Shown: positions 40,205 through 53,431, counted from the first letter of the stretch. The stretch is DNA of 64,000 bases from Octopus sinensis (GCF_006345805.1 NW_021832271.1:8753-72752); one strand, 5' to 3'. Numbers and translations: made by a program. The notes: generated from the letters alone by a model not told the origin.

Positions 40205-40945
40205 CTACTCTAGGCACAAGGCCAGACATGTTTGGGGGAGGGGGCCAGTCGATTAAATCGACCCCAGTACGTAACTGGTATTTAATTTATCAACCCCTAA
40301 AGGATAAAAGGCAAAATCGACTTCGGCGGAATTTGAACTCAGAACGTAAAGACAGACGAAATACCTATTTCTTTACTACCCGCATGGAGCTAAACACAGA
40401 GAGGACAAACACGGACAGACAAAGGAATTAAGTCGATTACATCGACCCCAGTGCGTAACTGGCACTTAATTTATCGACCCCGAAAGGAAGAAAGGCAAAG
40501 TCGACCTAGGCGGAATTTGAACTCAGAAAGTAGCGGCAGACGAAATACCTATTTCGTTACTATCCACAAGGGGCTAAACTCAGAGAGGACAAACAAGGAC
40601 AGACAAACGGATTAAGTCGATTACATCGACCCCAGTGCGTAGCTGGTACTTAATTTATCGACCCGAAAGGATGAAAGGCAAAGTCGACCTCGGCAGAATT
40701 TGAACACAGAACGTAACGGCAGACGAAATACGGCTAAGCATTTCGCCCGGCGTGATAACGTTTCTGCCAGCTCGCCACCTTTAAATAGATTATATATATA
40801 TTTCTTTATTGCCCACAAGGGGCTAAACATAAGGGAGGCAAACAAAGACAGACAAAGGGATTAAGTCGATTACGTCGACACCAGTGCGTAACTGGTACTT
40901 AATTTATGGACCCCGAAAGGATGAAAGGCAAAGTCGACCAAAGTG
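40205..40945 (-). mobile_element. Tandem cluster of four SINE family B units
   Basis: GTCGATTACATCGACCCCAGTGCGTAACTGG..AAAGTCGACCTCGGCGGAATTTGAACTCAGAA repeated about every 180-240 bp; only the unit at 40550-40780 has the full head. Confidence 0.9.
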
Positions 40946-41420
40946 GACTAGTTGAGTTAAAAGTAAAATCTCAAAGGGCGACGGCAGTTCTTGCAAGCAG
41001 TGCTCAGTGACAACGCCAGATGCATTCGTTCTTTTGGGGCCTTTTCAATAGTTTTTGTTCTCGACTATGGCACAAGAGAGAATTGTTTATGATATAGGGG
41101 AAAGTGAATAAAACAAGATGTTGACAGTAGCCGTCTGCTGATCAGGAAAACATTGACCTATTTAGAAATGAAGCAAATGGACCCCAAGCTATCAACTGGT
41201 ACTTATTTTCTCTCTCCTGGAAGGGTGTAAGGAAAGGTCAACGGCAGCACTATTTGAACTCAGAACGTAAAAAGCCGAAAGAAATGTCGTTAATGACTTT
41301 ATCCGCCATTTTACGATATAAAATAAATTGTTCAGATATAAAATAAACAGGCAAAGGCTAGCAAAATATAGAAATATACATAGACGTATCACTTATACAT
41401 ACACACATCCATCCATCCAG

Positions 41421-41453
<33 letters not shown>

Positions 41454-41490
41454 CCTATATACACACACGCCTATATTTTTTTTTTACTTG

Positions 41491-41598
41491 GTCGGCCCGG
41501 GGCTATAGCAGAAGACATCTGCCCAAGGCGCCATGCAGTGGGACTGAACCCGGAACCATGTGGTTGGTTAGCAAGCTACTTACCACACAGCCACTCCT
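41491..41598 (-). mobile_element. SINE family A head fragment
   Basis: GGCCCGGGGCTATAGCAGAAGAC...TTACCACACAGCCACTCCT. Confidence 0.85.
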
Positions 41599-42146
41599 AT
41601 TTATTTGAATAAAACAGCAATAAAGCAGTATACGCGAGAGAGTGTTTGTGATAGTTGAAAGTTTTCATTGCATAAAATAATTTATTTATATGAAAAGCGT
41701 TAATTTATTTTATTTATGAAAGTATATTTAGAAAGAGTGAGACCATCTTACCGCACAACCAACACAGTACAGTGTAGCGCCTAAGGCTGTTCTGTTAAGA
41801 AGTTCTGTATCTCCGCTTTTTATAATATTAGGTCAAGCGTCTAGAACCTTCGGCAATCTATCTAACTGAGAATTCCCAAAAGGTACGTACGTTCAAGTCT
41901 ACCGTTTATACGGTTAACCACCTGTCGATCTGATTCGTTAAACAACGTTCACGTAGACGTTAATGACTTTTTTAATGGCGATAGAATGAATTTCTCGCAG
42001 TTGGTCATACCTTTCATGGCAATATAATTAGGCAACGCTGCTAAACTTATTAATCTGTGCCTGGTACTTCACGACTCAGGTGAAGTTCTGCCACGTTTTC
42101 TTATATTGATATGGTAGTCTAAGGTTTATATGTAATATGGCTGATA

Positions 42147-42658
42147 TCTATATATATAAAACTGTAGTTGTGTGAGTGTCTGTCCCCTTCGATTTAGATT
42201 CCTAACTACTCCCACATTTTGCGGTGCAGTTTAACCAAATTCGGGTATCTTATAGACGTGATTCATATTGAGCCCGTCTGAGTATTAGCGCGCGTCTACG
42301 ATGAGTCTACGATTTTAAAAATAATTTAACATCATTTTTCTTCCATTTTAATGCATAATTTTTCGTGTGTCGATGGCGGCGGAGTTGGCGTCCATGGTCA
42401 CAACTGCACCTGTTTGCTTCTCCCCCTTCTTCCCTCCCTCGTGAAGCTGTGGGGAAGGGAGTGTAAGGAAATCAACGTCATAAAGCGTTGTCAAGGAGAC
42501 CAGCGTTCTTTTAGAACAACGACTTCATGGCTTGAAGACACCCAAACAGAAATGGCTAAGAAAGCCCGAATTGGCATCTATAAGGGAAGTAACTCTCTAA
42601 AAATGCTTATATAGTTATTTCCCTTACAAACCCGAGCAACGCCGGGCGATACTGCTAG
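42147..42658 (+). mobile_element. Non-autonomous Helitron, copy 3, with extra internal segment
   Basis: A|TCTATATATATAAAAC start; CCCGAGCAACGCCGGGCGATACTGCTAG|T end; 42366-42577 is absent from copies 1 and 2. Confidence 0.87.
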
Positions 42659-43125
42659 TCCTTAATAAATTTATATATACATGTATTTTTACTATAATAA
42701 ATGCGAGCTTCACAACAATAATAATTATAATAACTGCATATATTATAACTATAATAACATTAATAAATATTTGTGCATGTATTATATTCTACGAACGAAA
42801 AGCTGAGGATATTCAACTCCATATGACGAAATATATTCACGGGAAATGAGGAGTTAAATGCCTACCTTAGGTAACTTAAATTTACGTACAGTAATAATGA
42901 GTCTCTTAATTTTTCCATAATTAATCAAACATTCATTGATTTCGTGTCGCGTTTGACGCTTAGTATTCGAGATGCTTTATCAATCTCATTGATTTAAATT
43001 ACTGTGAATTGTTTATATTCCAGGGTAAATATAAATTTTAATTTCAAATCATCAAGTAGACTCTATGGTATGTAGACTCTGTGGTATTTAGGTATAATTT
43101 CACAATCATGCCTAATTAATATTCA

Positions 43126-43435
43126 GGTAGTATCATGTCCCAGTGGTTAGGACAGCGGATTCGCGGTCGTAGGATCACTGTTTCGATTCCCAGACCGGAC
43201 ACTATGAATGTTTATTGAGCGAATACACCTAGTTACTCCACGAGGTTCCCACAGGGGTTAGCGGTGAACCCTGCTGTATTCTCTCACCTCAACTTTCTCT
43301 CACGCTTTCTTCCTGTTTCTATTGTATCTGTATTTCAAATAGCCAGCCTTGTCACACTCTGTGTCACGCAGAATATCCCAGAGAACTACATTAAGGGTTC
43401 ACGTATCTGTGGAGTGCTCAGCCACTTGCATGTTA
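43126..43435 (+). mobile_element. SINE family C, diverged copy
   Basis: CCCAGTGGTTAGGACAGCGGATTCGCGGTC..GTTTCGATTCCCAGACC head; body colinear with 61245-61634. Confidence 0.82.
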
Positions 43436-43960
43436 ATAATTAAGCTGCGGCGTCACTGGTACCAAGCTGTATCGGCTTTTGCCTTTCCCTTGGATAACAT
43501 CGGTCATGTGGAAAGGGTAAGTTTTGCCTCGGAGGGTAACTTTGTAGGTGCAATCCCAAGGTCATTCATGGCCGAAGGAGGTCACAACAAAATCACGTCC
43601 TTAGCACAAAACTACGACAGAGGTTTATGTCCAGCCCATCTCATTCAAAAGTCATAAGGATGTTAAAAAATACAGTATAGTAAGTTATCGATCCCGTGCA
43701 GCCAGAAATGGTAAGCAGATGTTCTTTCTTAACCATTCCTGCTAGTGTGTAATTATAGTAAAATACTAATTGGTTTTCGGTTTCTGCATAATCCACGTTC
43801 GTCTATATATTCCGTTTCTTAAGATGATTTGTTTATCAATTACGCATATCTTCGGAAATGACTGCTACAAGATTTGAGCATAAAATTACATACGACTATG
43901 TTTCTAGATATACGAACACATATGACACTGTGTGTGTGTGTGTGTGTGGTGTGTGTGTGT

Positions 43961-44001
<41 letters not shown>

Positions 44002-44078
44002 AAGTATACGCGTTTATATGTATTATATAGGTGGAGGTATATATATATATGTATATGTATATAAACATACACACAGAA

Positions 44079-44111
<33 letters not shown>

Positions 44112-45362
44112 AATATATATACATACACACATATATATATAAATATATATACATACACACACATATATACATAAACACCACCTACGCATCGAAGGAGTAT
44201 TGCATTAGTTTATATTAGATTTATAGGTACACATAAACCCATATATGTGTGTGTGTGTGTGTGTGTGTGAAAGTAAACTTCTATATAAAAATTCAATTAT
44301 GATCTCACATAAACAATGATATTTTACTTTATATTGATATATATATATTTGCATATTTTCGCATTCCAGCGCAAGCAATAATGTGTACACGAATGCGCAT
44401 GCGTCTGTGTTTGAGAACATATGCTCCGTTTCTAGATTCTGAATAAATATTTAATTACGGTAAGAATTCATAAGGTTTCTTCCATTGTTTAATTAGAATA
44501 AGTTGCAATTCATTATATCTCTCTATAACTAATTTAAATTTCTCTTAAATACATCAAAAATGATACACAGATAAAGCAGATCTTTGGTGCGAATGGATTC
44601 CTCTGTAATCATGCGCAGATATCACAATTGGATTTGGTAACGACAGACAATAACTCTATATTTATGTATGAATTAACAGAAAGAAGGAAACCATAAACTG
44701 CCTCTTTATATAAGCTTTTATGCGCGATAAACAATGAGTTGCAAGAAGAAAAAGGAAGCGAATATCGAGGAAAGGAGATTTGATATGTATTTTTGCGTTT
44801 CAATTTTTCTCTAATCGTTGCTTATGTGCTCTATGTTCTCACAAATATTATCAAGCCCGATAAAGGGACGGGCACAGCAGTGAGCCAAAGATAAGGGATT
44901 TAGTAGAGGGTATTCCATAGTTAAATAATTGACTATATATTGTACTTTTTTTGTTTCAACAAGTTTTGTTTATTTGATTATTTTAATGTTCATATATGCA
45001 TTTTTTGCCGCTAAATTGAAAAATCACATATGTTTTAACATAACATCGATAGTTATTTATTTATTCCTAATTTCATATTTGCTCGTTATATTTGTAGCTT
45101 TTCTCTACAGCACTTTGTTGGTTCAATCTATTCTAGTATTGTAAGGATAATTACACAACATTTAGTAATTTTTCATTTATTGAAAGGCATTTAGGAAGTA
45201 TAATATTAGAACAAAAAGAAACAATAAAACTCTGCACTGTAAATGCCTTGATAACTCTTTTCTTAAGATGAGAAGTGCTTTGACGATCATAATTTCAGGA
45301 GTGGTATACCTTCATCTCTTCTGACTAGAGACCATATACCTGTCCCATCCTTTTCAATATTT

Positions 45363-45442
<80 letters not shown>

Positions 45443-45477
45443 GTATATTTATATATAATATAATATATAATATATAG

Positions 45478-45546
<69 letters not shown>

Positions 45547-46066
45547 CGGACACACACGATTATATATACGTAAACGCAGATATGGTCACACACACGAACA
45601 CATATATGTGTCTTTGTATGTATGTAGCGCGAGGTTATACGGTAGAAAGGTGTTTAATAAGGTGAGGACAGTACGAATGAAGTTATCCTTTATTTGTTCT
45701 ACTCTAATGTACTAATTTCACACTCTCATTTTCTCTCTTTCTAAGTCACCAATTTCCTCTTTTTATCGCAAATTCTGTAAATCTACGATTGGCTCGTTGG
45801 TGATTAGCCACTAGAAACTTTTACCAGTCAAACTGTGTTGCAAATTAAATATAAAATATAAATGGAATAAAAAAAAATCATTCTCTGTTTTCTTTTCTCA
45901 GACAAATTATGTTTTGGCGTATATTTTATGCAGGTGTCGTGGTACAGGGATCAAGCGATCAGCAATCTGAGACTGAACTGCGGTGATTCAATATAGCATT
46001 GAAACCGTTTTCAGTTCACTTACAGCCCAATTGCTCATGGGAAATGTAAAGACGCTAGGTAACATG

Positions 46067-46114
<48 letters not shown>

Positions 46115-46271
46115 ATATTTATAGGACTTTGCACCAAGAGAAAACCATCCAAGAGAAAAGATAAACATACTGCAAGGCGATTCTATTCCCAGTTCGAACC
46201 ACTTCACATCTCATGAATTACAGGACTAATAATGTCTAATGTCTACATACATACATACTTTCATACATGTA

Positions 46272-46316
<45 letters not shown>

Positions 46317-46475
46317 TACATATGCATGTATGTGTATGGTATGTGTGGACGTATTTATATATATACATACATATATATGTACATCTATACATACATACAC
46401 ATATATATTTATATATACACATGATATATGATAAATATGCATGTATATATAAATATATATACTTATATAAAACAT

Positions 46476-46514
<39 letters not shown>

Positions 46515-47075
46515 AACACAGGGATGAGAAATATATACGTATTTACACATATGTATACACATACACACGTAATTATATAAATGTTTATGTATATATAGAC
46601 ACACACACATATACGTTTGTGTATCTATGTATGTATGTAAGTATGTATGGCTATGAGTTTGTGTACATACAGAGAGAGAGAGGGGGGTGCGTAGAGAGAG
46701 AAAGTTAAACATCTCTAAACATCGCATTCCTTTTAGTTATCCGGCTCTGTAAATTAAAGTACCATCATCTAAGCGATTAGACATTGTACCGACGCATCTA
46801 CTGATATATTAATCTAGTATCTGTATATTTATTGTTTGTACATTAGTCTGTTACAAGTGGCTATCACTTTATCTGTTTACCTATTTATTTATTTATTTAT
46901 TTATTCTATATCGCCGATTGGTTTCGAATCCTCAGCGGACCAATCGCTATTTTACAGAATTATTGACGTCGAAGAGTGACGAGGGAGCCTCTGTCAATCA
47001 GTGCAACTTGTGTGAACCAGGTATGGAAGGCAAACCTATCTACATACACTGACATGCATACATTCACACACACAC

Positions 47076-47146
<71 letters not shown>

Positions 47147-47337
47147 CATATATATATATACATACTCGACAGTCTTTTGCGAATGGTTTCATTGGATACG
47201 TGTGCATGCTTGCATGTGCGCGTGAGTGTTTGGGTTTGTGTGAGAATATCGTTTGTATTATACACACACACATGCATATCTAAATATATAGACACACACA
47301 CACACACCACACACACACACACACACACCACACATAT

Positions 47338-47378
<41 letters not shown>

Positions 47379-47792
47379 GGCGCAGGAGTGCTGTGTGGTA
47401 AGTAGCTTGCTTACCAGCCACATGGTTCCGGGTTCAGTCTCACTGCGTGGAATCTTGGGCAAATGTCGTCTGCTATAGCCCTGGGCCGACCAATGCTTTG
47501 TGAGTGGATTTGGTAGACGGAAACTGAAAGAAGCATGTCGTATATATGTATATATATTATGTATGTGTGTGTATATGTTTGTGTGTCTGTGTTTGTCCCC
47601 CTAGCATTGCTTGACAACCGATGCTGGTGTGTTTATGTCCCCGTCACTTAGCGGTTCGGCAAAATAACCGATATAATAAGTACTGGGCTTACAAAGAATA
47701 AGTCCCGGGGTCGACTCGCTCGACTAAAGGCGGTGCTCCAGCATGGCCGCAGTCAAATGACTGAAACAAGTAAAAGAGTAAAGAGTAAAGAG
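47379..47792 (+). mobile_element. SINE family A, full length
   Basis: Complete match. Confidence 0.93.
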
Positions 47793-48089
47793 AATTGTAT
47801 ATATGTAAATGATGATATTCTGGAGGATAAAATATGACATGAAGAATTATATTCAAATAAGCCTCCCTATTCTGAACTTCACATACAAACAGCCTAATAT
47901 GTTTTTGCTTACGACATTATAATTACCGAACTCACTAAATCATATTCAAAAAGTAATTAAAAATGAACGCTGGAAGAAAAACAAATGAGCTTAACATGGC
48001 TTGAGTAAGATTTGAACACTCGTCAGTTTGTACACAGTACGTTCGTTTACCCTGCGACAATCATCATAAGCAACAGCAGTTATTAAATG

Positions 48090-49223
48090 CCTAAATCCAT
48101 TCTGAGAGTACGTTTTTTATGTGATAGATTTGGACGACTTCCACGCAAATAGCTTCCTTCATATCGTTCAATGTACGGGGCTTTTGCGCATACACATATG
48201 CGTTGAGGTTTTGCCACAAGAAATAATCAAACATGGACAAATCATCGGACTGCGGAGGCAAAGCAATGCCAGCAAACCTAGAAATGAGGTGGTCACTGAA
48301 GAGAGAGCGAAAAACGTCCATTCATGCTCTGGCTGTGTGGGCCGTCTCCCGACCCTGCTGATGCCACACACGTCGATTAGGCATACGTTTTTGAGGTAAT
48401 TCAGGCATAAAGAAGCTGTTTATCATCTCGATGTAACGCTCGGAGATCACAGTAACAGCATTTCCATTATTGTCTTTAAAAAAGTAAGGACCAACGATGG
48501 CAGTTTTTCCAACGGAACACCAGACCATTACTTTGGGCTGTGCAGTGGTCATATGTGCGGTTTACTCGGATTTTTAAGAGCCGAATAAGCAGAGTTCTGT
48601 TGATTCACCATGCCATTGAGATGAAAATTAGCTTCATCACTCATTAACAAAATGAGGCTGTCTTTTACCTAAAAAATTGCTTCCATCAGACGACTGAATT
48701 TAAGCCTCTGCACATAGTCCCATGATTTCAACTGTTGCCTAATGATCAATTTCTACGGGTGGCAATGCAGTTCTTTATGCAAAATATGCCTTACCGATGC
48801 CAAGTTCAGTGGAATGCCTCCGAGGAGAGCAATTTGGACCCCGTATCAAAGCGTTCAACATTTTCCGAGATTCGAATCTCTCGTGGCGCCCTCGCCGGTC
48901 TCGTACTCATTAGAGTACCTCGTGAACGATGTGCATTCACTCTGAGCAGAATTGCGTTACGGGTGGGAACAGCCTGATTTCGGTGAATGTTGAAGTAGCA
49001 CCAAACGCACGCTTAACTGCTGTGACAAACTCATTATTCTTCCGTAACTGTCGCACGCAGACACGCGACGGTCTTTTGTCCACAGCGCCATGATTTCACC
49101 TGAGGAAAACTAAGAAAAAGTACTAAGACATTACGGACCGAGCAGTATCTGTCGATCATATGTCCCTCTCGTTGGGGCCGAATAATAGCCATTTCAAAAA
49201 CGTCCGTCCTCTCTGCCCTCACC

Positions 49224-49228
<5 letters not shown>
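48090..49228 (-). mobile_element. Tc1/mariner DD41D (rosa-type) transposon fossil, one TIR retained
   Basis: Minus translation across frameshifts: LMSDEANFHLNGMVNQQN, PKVMVWC..IVGPYFF....VTVISERY, QQ(D)G..TAHTAR, LISRFAGIALPPQSDDLSMFDYFLW. Reconstructed D2-D3 spacing is 41 residues. TA-TAGGGTG terminus next to (TA)n at 49228. Confidence 0.85.
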
Positions 49229-49262
<34 letters not shown>

Positions 49263-49265
<3 letters not shown>

Positions 49266-49544
49266 CAATAATAAAGGGTAAAACTAATTAATTATTAATT
49301 AATTTTACCAAGTAGTGTTCAGTATGTAAAACGACCATTTACGGTATATTTGAAATATTACATTATAAAAATAGGGTTCAGTAAAACAATTTACTTTACC
49401 ACACACCGAACTTTTTAGAAACAGCAGCCAAAAACTTAGCTATTTCTTCTACTGTAGAAGAGATAGCTAAGTTTTTGGCTGCTGTTTCTAAAAAGTTCGG
49501 TGTGTGGTAAAGTAAATTATTTTACTGAACCCTGTTTTTATAAT
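49263..49544. mobile_element. Penelope-like repeat fragment ending in a 183-bp palindrome (49362-49544)
   Basis: 91-bp arms around a single T at 49453, three mismatches; left part homologous to 32806-33000. Confidence 0.75.
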
Positions 49545-50164
49545 ATAATATATATATATTATGTGCTTTGCACAACGAAATTTCACTTATATTGAACGCT
49601 TAAACGGTGGCTAGGCAGAAGATTGTCGCTCATTTTACCGTGACATGGTATCGAACACGCCAATTTCTACGCGATTATTTCACAGCTAAATTCCCATTTA
49701 TACAAACAAGCGTATGTATCTACATTCTATGAATATCGGAGCAAGATGAAACAAAGCGGAAATGTGAACATTAAGCGAAAAAATACGACATATTATACGA
49801 TAAATCATTTGTACAGAGATGATATTTTTTTCCAGTTCACTTTATGTAAACATATACGAAAAACGTCACATTCTTATCCAAACATTATGCGATGGAGATT
49901 GCGTGAGCTCTATAGGAACAGTTTTCATTGAAATATCTTAATGTGAATGTATATAAAATGTTGCAGATATAACACAAGCGTAATTGAATTCATGTTTAAT
50001 CATTGTTGCTATGAATTATAACTTTCTTATTTTGTTATCGTATGTACTAGACGAAACAAGGAAAGAACATTATGTAAGTGTGTACATGTATACATACACA
50101 CATACATGCTTACATGTATACATACATTAACACACACACACACACTTACATGTTGAATTCTTGG

Positions 50165-50476
50165 GATGCATGTATGTGAATATGTATATTTGTATGTATG
50201 TATGTATATTTGTATGTATGTATGTATGTATGTATATATATTTGTATGAATGTATGTATGCATGTATGTATGTATGTATGTATGTATATTTGTATGTATG
50301 TATGTATGTATGTATATTTGTATGTATGTATGTATGTATGTATGTATATATATTTGTATGAATGTATGTATGTATGTATTTATGTATGTATGTATGTATA
50401 TTTGTATGTATGTATGTATGTATGTATGTATGTATGTATATTTGTATGCATGTATGTATGTATGTATGTATGTATG

Positions 50477-50511
<35 letters not shown>

Positions 50512-50540
50512 ATATATTATATATATATATATATATATGT
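50165..50540. repeat. (TATG)n-(TATC)n-(TA)n compound microsatellite
   Basis: Directly visible. Confidence 0.97.
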
Positions 50541-51252
50541 CTACATACATAAGACACACACTCACACGAATACAGCACACACATGTATAATATATATTCT
50601 TGTCTAAATGTATATATTTATGATGCACAATGATTTCTTCCCAGGAAATATAATCGAATTTATCCAGTATAGAGAAGCTTTTAAAATGGAATTTTCCTCG
50701 TTGACAAAGCAAGTCAGAAGCAGCAGCTGTTTAAATCCATTTGTTTCCTAGAAGCAATATTCACGTCTTTTGTAAGAGAGAGACAACGCATTGTCACTTG
50801 AAGCGCCCTACCTTATTACTGACATTTATTAATCTATCGAAAAAGATTGTGAAGACCACATTCTCGCCGAATAATAATGCAAAATATGAATATTGTGGGT
50901 GCAGCTGTCCTTGTTTCACTGAGGTGACTACATATGTATGATGCAGAGCCGAATACAAAAATGTAATTGAAAACATAGCAAAGAAACTAAAATAAGGCAT
51001 TCTCAAGTTACATCAGTATTACCTTGTATGTCTGGAGCAGTGTATATATATATACACATCATTGGAGATTACAAAAAAACAAACAACAACAAAAGATGAA
51101 GACGAACGTGTAAACAACAAACATATGTATTTGTTTATCGCTCGGGAAGTGAAAAATTCATTTACGTTTCGAGTCTACGCTCTTCAACAGAAAGGAACAC
51201 AGAAATAAACAGACAGAAAATAAAAAAATGGTTTAGTGGCTAGCGATCAATC

Positions 51253-51306
<54 letters not shown>

Positions 51307-51624
51307 ATATAATATATATATATAGATATATATATATGTTTGTATGTATGTGTGTCTGTGTGTGTCTCTGTGTGTCATTGTGTCTCTGTCCATCTCAACC
51401 GATGTCGATTCATTCGACTAAACATATTCTCGAAGGCGGTGCCCAACCCTGGGCGCAGTCTAATGAGTGAAACAAATACAATATAAAAGACAAAGATGAA
51501 GGTGCTCGAAAAATAAGAGGTGTTACCTCAGTTCACTGGTAGCGAACAGCTGACACTGTAATGCATCTCCAGCGTCAGATGCTGTGGAAAGGAAACAACA
51601 ACAACAACTACAATAATAATAATA

Positions 51625-52180
51625 AACGCCCTGATGCATTGCCAGGCAGTGGCTCTCGTGGTTTCTGATCTTAACTGATTGGAAGTGTCATCATGTACAT
51701 TGCTTTGTCTTAGTATAAAAGGTGGGCTATAGCAAATATTCTGCTCAATACCACAGATTTGCTTGTCAGTTGTTTGACCTTAACCAGTTGAGCATGTCCC
51801 TTAGTGGCTGACGATATGTGCATCTCTGATCATGAACAGAAGTAGTGGGGGAGCATCATAGCCATGTGTTGAGAGGAATTCTTTGGGGTTTGAATAATAC
51901 ACCTTTGGAAACATGGGTGTTTCGTTCAACATCCTTAAAGAACCTTTATTCAAGGATCTTTTGAGCGGGATGGGCTACACGACCAGAGCAAAATTCTAAC
52001 TGGGCCCCACCTGCAAGGTCATGCGCTGTTTATCTTGATATGAGATCATCGTGTAGCGCACATATGGTTGTGATGCATGTGCCTGGTGTACACTTATGAG
52101 AAGGGTAGTCATGATGGGTATACTGGGCTTCGTATATTTTATCCAATATCACTTTGATGACATGCAAACTTCTCTCAATA
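51625..52180 (+). mobile_element. Unclassified ~550-bp interspersed repeat between (AAC/AAT)n and (AAT)n tracts
   Basis: Complex non-microsatellite sequence ending CTCTCAATAATAA..; recalled as an abundant octopus repeat (unverified); no ORF seen. Confidence 0.5.
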
Positions 52181-52186
52181 ATAACC

Positions 52187-52234
<48 letters not shown>

Positions 52235-52290
52235 TAATAATTATTATTATTATTATTATTATTAATATTATTATTATTATTATTATTATC
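52180..52290. repeat. (AAT)n immediately followed by (ATT)n (inverted trinucleotide tract)
   Basis: Directly visible. Confidence 0.95.
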
Positions 52291-53431
52291 ATGGTTTCAA
52301 ATGTTTGTACAAGACCAGTCACTTTAGGTAAAGGGGTATGTTGATTACATCGACCCACGGGCTCAAATTAGACATATTATCAACTGTAATAGTGTGACAG
52401 GCAAGGCCAACCCCGGTGGAGTTCGAACTCAGAACATTTAGAGCCGGGATACAAGACGCAATATATACGTGGCCGATTATTACGGTGCTTCATTAAATTC
52501 CATTGTCCATGTGTTTAAATTCAAATTCTGGAGGTTTTGCTTTCGTTAGGCTTACCATTTCTCTTGGGCCAAGAATATGATAACCAAATATATACAGCAG
52601 TCGGATTACTCGACTATAACCGTTCCTTACACTTCTCTGGCATTGAGCCATTGTAAAATATTGATTACGAGAATAATCGTGGTATATTTTTGAAGATGTT
52701 GCCGGAAATACTTGCAACATTAATTTCGACCGATATAACTTATTAATTTTGAGTAATCAGTATATTTATTCTATTTCAAGACATTCTGCATTATATTTCG
52801 ACATGCTTGACAACTCCATTATTCATTTCCTATTGCAGTAATTACCCGCATCATTGTTCCTATGAACGTCTGTGAATTGCTGTTAGAAATCATTAAAAAG
52901 AAGAAAAAAAATGATATATATATAAATAAAGACCGAAAAAAAATGTAGCCTGAAATTACGCATCTGGATAGGAGGCAAGGCTTTTATTAAATTAAAATTT
53001 TCTTCAATAATATATTAGAATCCTAGAATTTCAATTTGGAAAATATACTGAATCTACTTGGCAACAGGGAGCGTGCACTGCGGCAAAGAGTTACTGTATT
53101 GCTTACTTTAACGCTCAGCTATTTTAGAATAACTAAAAGAACTAAACAAAACTTTCTGTCAATGTTAATATCTTTTACACATTAGTAAAACACCCACTCA
53201 CCAGATGGCCTCCTGCTTCTCATTACCATACGGGCGTATGCTTTACATACACACACACATGTTAACAGACACACACGGACATGCACGCGCGCGCACACAC
53301 ACTCACACACACACTAACAAACGTGGGTGTACCCACACATATGTATATATATTTTTTATATATGTATGTTTGTGTGTATCTCTGTATGGGTAGCTGGTTC
53401 TGTCTGGCTATCTATCTGTCTGTCTATCTAT

